Of a stretch of 64,000 nucleotides of DNA, positions 1-11,870 are shown piece by piece. How positions within the stretch are numbered: the first letter of the stretch is position 1; each line of letters opens with the position of its first letter. The notes beneath the pieces are model-generated. The model was given only the letters and a program-made list of their open reading frames with translations. It was not told the origin of the DNA and made no database searches. Source of the stretch: Vicugna vicugna (taxonomy: Eukaryota); NCBI GenBank assembly GCA_013265495.1, contig MU062907.1, positions 6,554,305 to 6,618,304 of the forward strand. Direction: 5' to 3'. The position numbers and the translations under genes were made by a program.

Positions 1-166
1 TTGTACAGTAACTAAAAATACTTTCAAAGAATAACAATCATAAATGTAAGGTTCCAAGGAATGAAAGGATATTAAAATGCCAAAAACGACAATCCGAAGA
101 TCAAAATATGCACAGCCCCATCTGGGGCTTCGGATGAGGTTGTTTTAAATTTGGCTTGCTTTTGAA

Positions 167-276
167 GGGGAGGTAATTAGGTTTATTTATTTATTTTTAG
201 AGAAGGTACTTGGTATTGAACCCAGGACCTCATGCATGATAAGCATGCATGCTACCACTTGAGCTATACCACCCCC
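167..276 (-). mobile_element. Camelid tRNA-Ala-derived SINE (vic-1-like)
   Basis: Reverse complement reads GGGGGTGGTATAGCTCAAGTGGTAGCATGCATGCTTATCATGCATGAGGTCCTGGGTTCAATACCAAGTACC followed by the family tail (AAATAAATAAACCTAATTACCTCCCC); Pol III A and B boxes present. Confidence 0.9.
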
Positions 277-1083
277 AGCAAATGTGTTACGCTTTTTAAA
301 CTAAGTCTTTGTTTCTGCTACCATTTAATTTGGGGGAAACAAAGGCCATTATGGCCTTGAAACTTATCGCAGAGTAGTTCAAATCCTTTATTTTGGTCAC
401 AGGAGAGCAAATTATGACAGAAAAGAAAAACGTCTTCTAAATAATTGGGTCATCATGGCGTGGATTCATACGAGCCCTTCTGGGACAAGATTTATTCACT
501 TCGTAAATAATCCTGTGTGCTCATTAAGCCGCAGATGCGTGTTCTTGCATGCAGCTCATTCCTTTCCTTGCCACCCGGACTAGATGCGTTGTCTTTGGAG
601 TTGTCTTGGGAAACAGGTGCACTTGGTTCAGAGTCAGGCAGGTGTAAGATGTCTCAAGAGCAGTGAAATTTTATGCTCATCAATTTTGACAACCCATGCT
701 CTAGATTAACTAACAGGGCTTTCTCTCTCTCTTAATTAACTGGTGGATCAATTAATAAAAATTACCAGACAGGACAAGTCTCTTGCCTCCTGAAACTCTG
801 GATAATCTGTCGTAGTCTATATTTAAGGCTTGAGATGGAGCTTTATGAAATGCCAACCTGTCCTAATTTCTTTCACCAAAACCATTAAAATATATTTGCT
901 TAGAATGAGCCAACGTCCTCTGATGTGGCAATAATGAAAAATAAACATAGATGTTGAATGGATTTTCTTTTAATAATAAAGAACGTAATAAGGAACTCCC
1001 ACCTTTCTGTAGTAGACATTTACAAGAGACCTATTTATGGTGAAAGTGGACAATATGAGTGCTCCTAAGACTGCCTTGTGGGG

Positions 1084-1315
1084 CAGTGCTACTCAGGGTG
1101 GGATCCGGGGACTGTGACCAGTCAGCAAACTGTTTGTTACTTGTCTGTGACAGCGTAAGCACAGAAATTGAGAGGAAGCATCTAGGAATGTTCACAGCGA
1201 CCTAAGCATGTGTTGTTTTTCTAGTGCTTTATTTCCATTTCAAAAAGTGTCAGTAGATGTTGGATTGGAAATGAAAAACTCTGGTCCTTCACTGCAGATA
1301 GTTTGAGAAGTGCTG
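1084..1315 (+). mobile_element. hAT-Charlie non-autonomous DNA transposon (MER33-like)
   Basis: Terminal inverted repeats CAGTGCTACTCA...TTTGAGAAGTGCTG; degenerate 8-bp TSD ttgtgggg/ttataggg; internal sequence resembles the MER33 consensus as I recall it. Confidence 0.7.
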
Positions 1316-2104
1316 TTATAGGGAATTCTTTCAGCACTATGCTATCTCTTCCAAGGATAACTGTCCTCATAAATTTTTCTTAGGCCACAGAATAATACTA
1401 TTCTGTCCTTCTGAGCTGCTGTGCTTCAAAGTGTGAAGACATACAACATCCAGCGTTTTCACCTGCAAAGCCCAGCTCTTTGATGGAGAGCCAGTTTCTG
1501 TTCCTTCTGCCCCTGTAGTCTCTTTAACCCTTTCCTGACAGGACTCATTTCCTTCCAGATCTTGGGCAGTGTCAAAAGGGCGCCCTTTGTAAGGTGTCTG
1601 GGATATGCTGGACGGGCCCCAACGGTTAGAGGAATGCTAAGGATGATCTCTTCTCTCTGGTGCCTCCACATTCCTCGGTCTCATTCCAGATGGAGTTGTG
1701 TGCTATTATCATTCTTGCATCAGCGGCGAGTCAGGTTAGCTGAGATGTGAGGGAACCGGTAACAGGAGATGAGATGACCTTCCCACAGTCCATCATGTTG
1801 TGAAGGAAGCAGCGCTGACTTAGGCGCCCTCCTGGTGTCCCTGGTATCCTTTCAACCTGCATGCCCCTCCCCACCCTGCTAAGCACAGACAGGAGCCTCT
1901 CGAGGATCCAGGGCTCCTCTGGCAGGTGACACAGCATCTAATGGAAACTGATAGGTTTAGAGTCTCTTTGGTAGACCTATATCTGCTTTTTGGAGGAATA
2001 TGTGTATATTGGGAGGGGGGAAATGGACAATTTTTTTAATTAAAAACTTTCCAACCCAGAATTAACAAATGCTAATTTTCTTTTTTCCCAGATATTTTTC
2101 TCTT

Positions 2105-2312
2105 TTTTTAACATTTTTTTATTGAGTTATAGTCATTTTACAATGTTGTGTCAAATTCCAGTGTAGAGCACAATTTTTCGTTATACATGAACATACATAT
2201 ATTCATTGTCGCATTTTTTTTGGCTGAGCTACCACGAGATCTTGTATATAATTCCCTGTGCTATACCGTATAATCTTGTTTATCTGTTCTACATATGTCT
2301 GTCAGTATCTAC
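2105..2312 (-). mobile_element. L1 3' end fragment
   Basis: Poly-T then ATTGAGTTATAGTC...TTCCCTGTGCTATAC...CTTGTTTATC, typical of an artiodactyl L1 3'UTR in antisense. Confidence 0.75.
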
Positions 2313-2474
2313 ACCATTTGTATTTAAAGGACTAACACATTAAGTTCTCTCCAGTCTCAATCTTCTTCCCTCCCTTCCCAGGTATATTTACTATCATGAA
2401 GTGGGCAGGTACACTTTCTGTCTCTGCTTTTATATTCTTCCTATATTATTTATTTTAATAAACACTTATATACA

Positions 2475-2997
2475 CTATATAGATATCTGTTGCTGCATTA
2501 CAAATCACCCCAACACTTACTGGTGCAAAGTGACAACAATAACTGTGTATTATCTCTCACGGTTCTGTGGGTTGACTGAGCTCAGTTGGGTGGTTCTCTC
2601 ATAAAATTGCAGTCAGACGGTGGCTGGGACTGGAGTCATCCCGGAAAGCGTCCTCATTCACGGATCTGGTGGCTGATGATGGCGGTTGGCTAAGACCTCA
2701 TCTAGGGCCATCAGCCAGAACACCTACATGTGGCCTCTTCGTGTGGCCTGGACTTTTTTACAACATGGTGGCTGGATTCCAGGAGTACCAGGTCAAAGTT
2801 GTATCACCTTTTATGATCTGTATTCAGAAGCACATGGTGTTTTTTCCGCCATAGTCATAGGCCCACCCAGATTCAAGAAGAGGGAACATAGACCCTCCCA
2901 CTTCTCAACGGGAAGAATATAAATGTCACAATGTAGGATGATCATGTAGGATGGGAAATCTTATTGTGGCCAGCTTGGAAAATACAATCTATGCAAG
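2475..2997 (+). mobile_element. MLT1-type (ERVL-MaLR) solo LTR
   Basis: TTGCTGCATTACAAATCACCCCAA...TCTCACGGTTCTGTGGGTTGAC...GGAAAATACAATCT matches recalled MLT1 LTR motifs; subfamily not determinable by eye. Confidence 0.65.
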
Positions 2998-3299
2998 CAC
3001 TTATTCTGTGCCAGGTACTATTCTAAGTGTTTTACAAATAGTACAGTCAAGATGTGGTACTATTTTGTCTGTTTTTAATCTTTTTATAAATGGCAGCATA
3101 TGTTATATATCATTCTGTAACTTTTTTTTTTGCTCCACTTTATAGTTTTGAGCTCTACTTAGCTGATACATGAGGGCTAATTCATTTCTTTGAATTGTTA
3201 TTTTGTATTGCATGGTAGGACTACATCACAATTTATTCATTCCTTGTGTCCATTTATCTCCTTTTTTTAAGTTTTGCATATAATACCTTTTGGCTTTTT

Positions 3300-3760
3300 T
3301 AATTCTTTTTTTTTATTAAAGTGTAATTGATTTACAACGTTAGCTTCAAGTGTACAGCAAAATGATTCATTTCTACATGTACTTTTTTCTCCAGATCTTT
3401 TCCATTATAGCTTATTATAAGAAATTGAATCTAGTGTCCTGTGCTATGCAGTAGGTCCTTGTTGTTTATTTTATATATAGTAATGTGTATCTGTTAATCC
3501 CAAACTCCTAATTTATCCCTCCCCCTACTTCCCCTTTGGTAGCCGTAGTTTGTTTTCTATGTCCGTGAGTCTATTTCTGGTTTGTAAATNNNNNNNNNNN
3601 NNNNNNNNNNNNNNNNNNNNNNNNNNNNNNNNNNNNNNNNNNNNNNNNNNNNNNNNNNNNNNNNNNNNNNNNNNNNNNNNNNNNNNNNNNNNNNNNNNNN
3701 NNNNNNNNNNNNNNNNNNNNNNNNNNNNNNNNNNTAGCTGAGTAATATCCCATTGGTCTT
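3300..3760 (-). mobile_element. L1 3' end fragment spanning an N gap (3590-3734)
   Basis: Poly-T, GTGTCCTGTGCTATGCAGTAGGTCCTTGTTG, CCCAAACTCCTAATTTATCCC, GTAGTTTGTTTTCTATGTCCGTGAGTCT; resumes after the gap with TAGCTGAGTAATATCCCATTG. Confidence 0.8.
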
Positions 3761-3846
3761 ACATACAGTGAGGAATGTCCAGGCTGGTGAAAATTATGCA
3801 AACATATTTGCAAGATATGCAAAATTTGCAAACATTTGCAAGAAGA

Positions 3847-3982
3847 GGGGAGGGTATAGCTCAAGTGGTAGAGTACACGCACAGCATGCACAAAGTCCTG
3901 GGTTCAATCCCCAGTACCTCCCCCAAATAGAAATAAATAAACTCAATTACCTCCCCCTCATAAAACAAAACAAACAAACAAT
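3847..3982 (+). mobile_element. Camelid tRNA-Ala-derived SINE (vic-1-like)
   Basis: GGGGAGGGTATAGCTCAAGTGGTAGAG...GGGTTCAATCCCCAGTACCTCC, then AAATAAATAAACTCAATTACCTCCCC and an (AAAC)n tail. Confidence 0.9.
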
Positions 3983-4319
3983 GAAATAACTAAAGAAAAT
4001 GAGGCTGCTTGGTCAGAAAAACTGGAAGACCAAAAAGGGTTATGATGACAGTCCTCAATATGTAGGAAAAGCAGTCATATGGAAGAGAACTTGAGTTATT
4101 ATTTGTCACTCCAGAGAACAGATTTACTTACTGACTCCATTTTCTAGACATGGTCAAGCAGAAGCGAATGGCCAGCTTTCCAGATGCAGTGGGGCACTGG
4201 GAACCTGGAGGTCTAAGGATGGACTTTGCAGGTCCAGTGAGGCCCCTGGAGATGTTGGCAAACTGTTAGTGAAAGTGCTGAATCTTTCGAAACAGAGTTC
4301 CTAGCTTTTTGTCTCAAAA

Positions 4320-4730
4320 TTCATAACTCCAAATCTAATTATGAGAAAACATCAGACAAATCCCAAATGGAGGGGAATTCTACTAAATACTTCACCAGTA
4401 CATTCAAAAGTGTCAAATTCATGAAAAACAGGAAGGGACTAAGAAGCTGTCATAAATGGGAGGAAATATGATGAGTAAATGGCATGTGGTATCCTTAATT
4501 AGATTTTGGAACAGAACTTAGATGTTAGTGGAAGAACTGTAAAATCCAAATAAAATCTGTTGCTTAGTATTGTACCAATGTTAATTTCTTACCTTTGATA
4601 AATGTGCAGTTATCAGGTTCAATGTTAACATTAGGGAAAGCTCAGTGAAAGGTGTATGGGAACTCTCTGTACCATCTTTGGGTTTTCTATAAATTTAAAA
4701 TTATGTCAAGACAAAAGTTAAAGAATATAA
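4320..4730 (+). mobile_element. Old L1M (L1MC/ME-like) 3' fragment
   Basis: AAACATCAGACAAATCCCAAAT...GTACCAATGTTAATTTCTT...GTATGGGAACTCTCTGTACC...CAAAAGTTAA resembles old L1 3' ends. Confidence 0.55.
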
Positions 4731-5554
4731 TTTCAATGAAAACAAAAGTATGGAAGCACAGAGAGGTTAACTGATTTCTTAGGATCACATAACAGATAGT
4801 GGTTTATCTGAAATTAGAACTCAAGTCTCTAGACCCAAACCCAGAATCATTTATCCTAAAGTGAATCTCCAATAGGCCACCCTAACCGTGGGGTCCGTAA
4901 TTCTCCTGCTGATCTTGGTGGATATATTTATGAATTAAACTTCTTTTGAACTTGCTGAGTAGGAACCAAATAAGATTCTTCCAACTATAGTCTTGCAACA
5001 CTGCAAAGCCACTCTCCCATTCTCAGAGGCAACCATTTATAACTTCCTCCACTCCTGTCTTCTGACCCTATCACCTTCTTCCTCGCACCCTCTGGTGGTC
5101 CAATCTACTTGGCAGCAGGAATAGAAGCCATCAGAGAACTTCCTCAACTTCCTATGACCCAACCTACACACCAACCTGCCTCTCTCCATCCCTAGCATTC
5201 CACCAAAAGAAGTCTTCCCCATCATTGTGCCCTTCACCTATACCCTGGACTTTCCTACTGCTACCATTTCAGGGAGTACCTTTACCTATCCATAAACCTC
5301 TCCCCAACTTCCCCGTCTCTACCTGTCTACTGACATCTTTAAACATAGTTTCTTATCTTCAATCTTAAGAAAGTATTTCCTCTTTAAACAATGATACTTC
5401 AATAAAAAAAATCCTCGATCGTACATTCACCTTAGACATCTGTCTTGCCCTTCACAGCCAGACTTCCTGAAAAAGTTCTCTCTCCACCTCCCACTTCACT
5501 GTTCTTTTTCTGTTTGAGTCCTCTGAGCTTTTGACACTATGAAGCAGACCATTC

Positions 5555-6290
5555 TTTTTTTTTTTAAATTGAGATATAATTCACCCACTTAAAGTGTACC
5601 AGGCAATGGTTTTTCGTATGTTAACAGATATGAACAACCATTACCACAGTCAGCTTTTCATCACCACACAAGGAAACCCAGGATCCCTTAGCTGTCATTC
5701 CCCTTTCTCCCTGTCCTCCAACCCCATCCCTTAGGCAATCATTAATCTACTTTCTCTCTCTTTAGATTTGCCTCTTCTGGACTTTCATATGAATGGAATC
5801 ACATAATATGTGGACTTTTGTAACTGGCTTCCCTCTCTTAGCATGATGGTTTCAGGATTCATGCAAGTTATAGCATGTATCAGTACTTCATTCCTTTTTA
5901 TTGATGAATACTATTCTATTGTATAGATATACCACATTTCACTTATCCATTCATTAGTTGATTGGCATTTGGGTTATGTATACTTTTTAGCTATTATGAA
6001 TAATGCTGCTATAAACATTTGTGTACAAGTTTTTGTGTGGGCATATGTTTTCATTTCTCCTAGGAGTGGAGTATCTGGGTCATAAGGTAACCCTATGTTT
6101 AATCATTTGAAGAACTACCATGCTGTCTTCCCAAGCAGTCACACCATTTTACATTCCCATCAGCACTTTATGAGAGTTCTGATTTCGCCACATCCTTGTC
6201 AATACCTGCTATTATCTGACTCTTCCATCTAGCCATCCTAGTGGGTGTGAAGTGGTTTCCATTGTGACACACCATTATTCTTGAATATAA
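5555..6290 (-). mobile_element. Old L1M 3' fragment
   Basis: TTGAGATATAATTCAC...TTTGCCTCTTCTGGACTTTCATATGAATGGAATC...GCTATAAACATTTGTGTACAAGTTTTTGTGTGG...CACATCCTTGTCAATAC. Confidence 0.8.
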
Positions 6291-6974
6291 ATGATTACCT
6301 TGGCTTCCATGAAGCTACACTCTTAGGATCAAAGTATAATTTTCAAAAAAAGCTGAAAAACATGACTGTTACACCAATCTAAAATGAAAATGTGTCAAAA
6401 TGTAATCAGTTCATCAATTAATGAGGACATCAGTAAGACGGTAGAGCTAGCTCAAAGAGTATTTTGAGAAACTAGAGTTTATAAAATCCTTTAAAAAATA
6501 ATTTTAGTTTAGAACATGCAGGTTAGAGACAAAGTTGGTTAATGTCCTACAGGGTAAGAACCCATAACTTTTGAGGTTACCAGGTGGTATGCTGGAGCCC
6601 TGTCAGCTGATTGTTAAATACTCAGATGCTTTGTTAGTGAGTCCCTCTTCCCTCAAGCAGTTTACTGGCATACTATTTCCACTAGAAAGAAATTATTTGA
6701 ATCTTACCAGACACAACTTAAGATGTTAGTAAGAACTTTTACAGAGTCTCGGTCCTTAATTCATAACAAAGAACAAAGCCAAACATGGTCCATTCTCTTA
6801 AAAAATGGCATCTTCCTTGGGTGGGCTGGTTACACAGTGCTTCACCTTAACACTGAAAGAACATGCAGTCACCCTTGTCACCTCATTTCCAAGTTTTGAA
6901 CAATTTTTTAATGCTAATTTTCCTCCAACCTCTCTAGCGCCTCCTTTTTCATCTCCTTTGGGGGCTTCTTTTCC

Positions 6975-7330
6975 TCTAATTACCTTCCCTTAAATAATGG
7001 TGTTCATCAAGGCTTTATTTTCAGGGATTTTTCTGGGGTCTGTCTGTTTTCAGTCCTCTCAATCTTCCCACTTTGCTGCCTAATTAACTACCACTCATCT
7101 TTTAACCTGTCTCTGTCAAAAAAGCCTTCCTGACTCCCCTCTTTGAGAGCACTTACCACAGTTCTTATAAACAATTTATTGTGTAATTAGTTATTTAATG
7201 TCTGTCTCTCCCACTAGACCATAAGCACCATGACAGCAGGGAACATGACTGTCCTTTTTACTTCTGAAATCCTCAGAGCTTAAATAACTATTTGTTGAAT
7301 AAATGAATGAATGAGTGAGTGCATGAATGG
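6975..7330 (+). mobile_element. L2 3' end
   Basis: CCACTAGACCATAAGCACCATGACAGCAGGG...TATTTGTTGAATAAATGAATGAATGA, the L2 terminal motif and (AATG)n tail. Confidence 0.7.
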
Positions 7331-7540
7331 AGAAATAAACAGATGGTAGATGGTGATCTCGTCATTCCCTTCCATGGCCTCAGTTTTCAGTATATTAGTG
7401 ATTTAAAAATGTATCTTGCCAACTCTCTTTCTCTTTTGAAACTGAATTATAAAATGATATTCAGGGAAGATCTCTTGTTATATTTAAACACAAAGTGCTA
7501 GAACATCAGAATTCCATGTAGATATTTTTGAAAATGCCAG

Positions 7541-8117
7541 TGTCAACCAAGGGGGCAGACAATTCAGCGATTGCTTGATCTAGGAAATAGTACTTGATTG
7601 CTCACAAAATGGTGGGAGACGATTCTCCACGAGTTGCTCATGTTTCTTTATGTCTCGTGAGCAGAGGCACCAACAGACTTTGGTTCTGAATTATCTTTTC
7701 AAGGATGGCGTAGCCTGGGAAGATGGAAATAGACTCTCCCTCCAGAGCAGAAGGTTTGTTTGCTGTGCGGTGTAATAAAGATAATGTCTCCCTCTGGGGC
7801 AAAGCTTGGGCAATGGGTTTGCTTGCTGCCCACCGTACAAAACTGGAGTTTCCTAAGCGTGAGACTCCTCTCCTGGAATGCAGTCCAGGGATGTGCAGGC
7901 ATCACCTGGCCCTTGCTCTGTCACATAAAGGAACTGGACTCAGAGGACTGATGCAAGAAAGTGATAGTTCTCTGGCTACTGCTCTTGCTTTGAGTGATAA
8001 ACTGTCCTTTGTTACCAACCCAGGAGATTTGTCTTTGGTCAGCCTCCACAGAACTGTGGCAGAACTTGTTAGCTTGTAGGTAGGATAAAAGTCTCCAGTC
8101 CTTCACGGGTCTTGACA
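7541..8117 (+). mobile_element. ERV solo LTR (MER21/MER34/MER39-like)
   Basis: Starts TGT, ends TTGACA; internal GGAGTTTCCTAAG...CACCTGGCCC...GCTACTGCT...TAAACTGTCCTTTGT...AACTTGTTAGCTTG motifs. Left boundary uncertain. Confidence 0.65.
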
Positions 8118-8565
8118 CAAAGTGGCTATTTATAAACATATTAATTGTCCGATGAACAGGAAGAAATGGCTTAAGCATTTTATATCCTAATATAATTGAT
8201 GGTCACTTACTTTATAGGGTTTTAGTTATGTCTTACAAGACTGATCAGAAGTTTGGGGTTGATGTGTAACTGATTGTACTCTTTCCTCTTTAAATAATAC
8301 CATATAGGCTACAAGCTGGGGCTTTTACACAGCTTCTACTTTTCAGAAGAGCTTTTCTCATAGTGAGTGGGAGATGCCTGTGCATTTCTCCATATTTCCA
8401 GGTATGTGGTTTTGGAAGTACCTTCACTCATTCTCTCCAGTGTAAGCTTAGCATTGCCAACAACTACCTCAAAGGCAAGAGCCATGCATGTTATTCTTTT
8501 GAACCCCTCTCCTCCTTCTTATAAGGCTTGGCAAAAGCTTCTGTCCAAATAGTATCACTATTACA

Positions 8566-9244
8566 ATATGGTAGATTGTACTTTCCAAAGATTGATGCTG
8601 TGGTATCTGTCACCCCACCCCCTTGCTCTTGTGCAATGTGACCTTGTCCCTCCCTCATCAAGAGATGGAATCTAGGGGAAGGGTGTAGCTCAGTGGTAGA
8701 GTGCATGTCTAGCATGCATGAGGTCCTGGGTTCAATCCCCAGTACCTCCATCAAAAATAAATAAATAAATAAACAAACCTAATTACCCCTCCCCAAACAA
8801 ACAAAGAGATGGAATCTATTTCTCCATCTCCTTAAGTCTGGGAAGGCCCTGTGACATCCCTGACCAATAGAAAATGGCAGAAGTAACACTGAGAAGTTCC
8901 AGTTATAGTCCTTTACTGGCCAAACAGCTTCTACTCCTGTCTCTGGGCTGCTTTGTCTCATAATTCAGCCTTTATGTTGTGAGAAGCCCAGGCCACGTGG
9001 AGAAGCCTCAACTGTGTTCCTGACCCACTTTCAACATCATCTGCCAGCCAGTTAAGTGAGCCATCTTGGTTGTCTAACCCAGTTCAGCCCTCAAATGACT
9101 GAGGTCCTAGGTGACTTACAGCTGCAGTTGCATCAGAGACACCAAGCAAGAACTGATGATCTGAACCCAGTCAACCCACAAACCACAAAAGATAATAATA
9201 TATTGTTTGGGGTAGCTTATTGCACAGCTGTAGAGAACTAGAAC
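8566..9244 (+). mobile_element. MLT1-type solo LTR interrupted by a SINE
   Basis: TGGTAGATTGTACTTTCC...GAGAAGCCCAGGCCACGTGGAG...CCCAGTCAACCCACA...GCTGTAGAGAACTAGAACA. Confidence 0.7.
8675..8803 (+). mobile_element. Camelid tRNA-Ala-derived SINE with perfect 15-bp TSD
   Basis: Flanked by AAGAGATGGAATCTA at 8660-8674 and 8804-8818; A box 8686-8696, B box 8729-8739, AGC anticodon position 8711-8713. Confidence 0.95.
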
Positions 9245-11287
9245 AAAGAGACTCCTGAAATAAAGAATTTCACTTGACCGTGTAGTTCTAAACCCATCCT
9301 CCATTGCTTAGAATACTCAAAAAGAGGAAGCAGGTTTTACTTAGGCATTAGCATAGCATTTGGTACCTAGCAGACCTTTCTGAAGTATTTTTATGAATTA
9401 ATGAATGATTGGATATAAAATGAGAATCACTGTAAAGCAGAGGTCTTAATCCCAGATTTTAAAAAATGTTGATTTGCTCACTCATAAATGGAACACTTGG
9501 GAATTACTCTCCTTCCTTAAGTTAAATTTGTCTGGCTTCTTGGGCATCACCAGATCTCCAGACCAGTATCAAGACAACCTATTTGATCACAAGTTTGAGT
9601 TCATGTGGGAGGATACTCTAGAACTGGTTTTGCTCTTGTTGGGCAACAGTTTGAATCAGATACTGTTGTGGTAGCCTGGCCTGGAGGCTCATTCGCCACA
9701 CTTTTTAAGACTTTGAGAATGTTAGATCAAGATTCTGGAGATACAATCTTCAGATCTAAGAGCATTCAGTGTTGTCTAAAAAAAAAAATTCATTCTGAAG
9801 CATAGCAGTGGACAGCAATCTCCTCCTCACCCCCTAGCCAGTTAACCTACCGTGTGCCTCTGTCCTCTCAATCCTTATGCTCCAGCCTTGCTGATCTTTC
9901 AGCAAGCCCTCAAATACCATATTCCTTCTCACCGCAGGACGTTTGCACATGCTGTCTCATTCTCCCACCCATACCTCTCCATTTCTTCATCTAGCCAAAC
10001 TCTTCATTTTGCCTCAGTTCAAACACAAGTTCTTCAAATATACTTTCTCTGACCTCTGCAGAGTAGATGAGGTGCCCCAAATACATGCTCCCATTAGCAC
10101 CTTATATTTGTCCATCACAACATATTTTGCAATTATAATTATATATCCTTAATTCTGTAATTATTTCTCCTAACGTGCTTATTTTTCACATGCTTATAAG
10201 ACCATCACATAGCTTACTCTATACATTAACATAACTTTAATATTCTCCTGCTGTCCTCAACATAATTTTACTATTTCAGCAAACTCTTGACTGGGAAAAT
10301 AAAAGTTACAAATGACTTTATTGTTGATTCCAGGACTTTCTTGAAAGACTCATCAACTCTTCAGATTAAAGCATCAAATGACAATTTATACTCCAAGACT
10401 CTTTGAGCCCATTGCCTCAATTTCTGAGTCTATCAATCCTAAAATATTTTTTCATGATCTCTACCCAGTGCTAACCAAGACCTCTTTCTCCTCTCAGTGA
10501 AAGACCCACCTTAAATTAGACTTTTAAAATTCAATAAATAGCCTGATTTTCCCTTATATCTGTAAGATGCTACAAAGGCTGTCTATGTAGTGCTCTCCCT
10601 TACTTTGGTAAGCTATTAAACTGAGTTTTGTCATAGTAACTCGTTGCCTTGGTGATATTTTGGGGGAGGCATTTTTGATGCTAACAACCGATCAATGTGC
10701 ATGTTTAATGTGATTTTTTTTCCTTGAAAAGCTTTTATTAAATCCATGGTGGAAATCAGTCATGCCTTAGCTTTGAGGAAATGCAGTAGTTGATTGATAA
10801 ATCTCTCATGAGAATTTTCATTCTTCATAAGGGTATAGACCTGGTCAGTTTTGTTCATTGGTTTATCTCTGTGTCAGAGCAGAACAGGTGCTTCATATAT
10901 TAAATAAATGAGTGGATCACAGAGTAGATGACAGAACAAGATGGATTTCATGGTGTGCAAGGGCAACTCTTACTGATAAGACTTCCTGGCTGAGACTCCT
11001 GTGGCAAAGTGACTCAGAAATGATAACTCCACTTTCTCACCCTTTCACTGTAACCCAATTCCAGAAAACATCATACAACCATACAGGGTTTTACATGGAA
11101 CTCTGATAGTGACCTCATTTGTCCTATAGCTGCTTATCTGCTAGATCATGATTCTGATCTGCCCAGACGACTTCTGTAATATCACCATTAGGTAAAACAG
11201 AGGTTGTCCATAAAGATTGCCATTGTTTGAGAAGTGAGTGAAAATGAGGTCCTCATACGTAATATGTCAGGGTGGCTTGACTGATTG

Positions 11288-11870
11288 AAGAATGAAGGGG
11301 AGCAGAATATGCCACCTCAAAATATGCCACTTTGGGATGTGGATTTTCAGCTGAAGGCAATTGAGAAGACGCAGATACAAGAAAACGTCTCTGCCCTCCC
11401 GTATTTGCCTAAAAGCAGGACATATATTTGTAAAGATGTGCCCCTCTCTCCTCTCTGTTTAGAAGGGCAGAAGTTAATCATCAGAGACAACTCTAGACCC
11501 TTATCAGCCCAGAGATGACACCAGAGGAATCTCCATAACAAACCTTACTCACTAGACTTTATCCTCCATTAATTCCCCCATATATATACACCTTCCCACA
11601 ATTTCCACTGCTAGAAACTCAAAGCCCTTTTCCTTCCTCTTGTCATGTCTCTAAAAATTCATTATTCTTTTGTGAAAATGCTTCATAAACCCGTTCTAAC
11701 CACCCCTGTGAGTTACTCATCTCTGTGTGCTCCCATGTGTACATAGAACATACACGTTAACAAACTTCTATTTGTTTTCTTCTGTTAATCTTTCATCAGT
11801 TTAACTTACAGGGAACTAGCCAATGAACCTAAAATGAGTAGAGGAAACAGATTTGTTTTTCCTCCTGTGA
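11288..11870 (+). mobile_element. ERV1 solo LTR (MER34-like)
   Basis: TGAAGGGGAGCAGAATATGCCACCTCAAAATATGCCACTTTGG...TTTTCAGCTGAAGGCAATTGAGAAG start; CAATGAACCTAAAATGAGTAGAGG...TTTCCTCC end. Confidence 0.7.

Noticed and set aside
8675-8760. tRNA-Ala(AGC) gene (also the six similar copies)
   Set aside because: All carry the shared SINE tail, substitutions in the stems and, in some cases, TSDs; they are SINEs, not tRNA genes.
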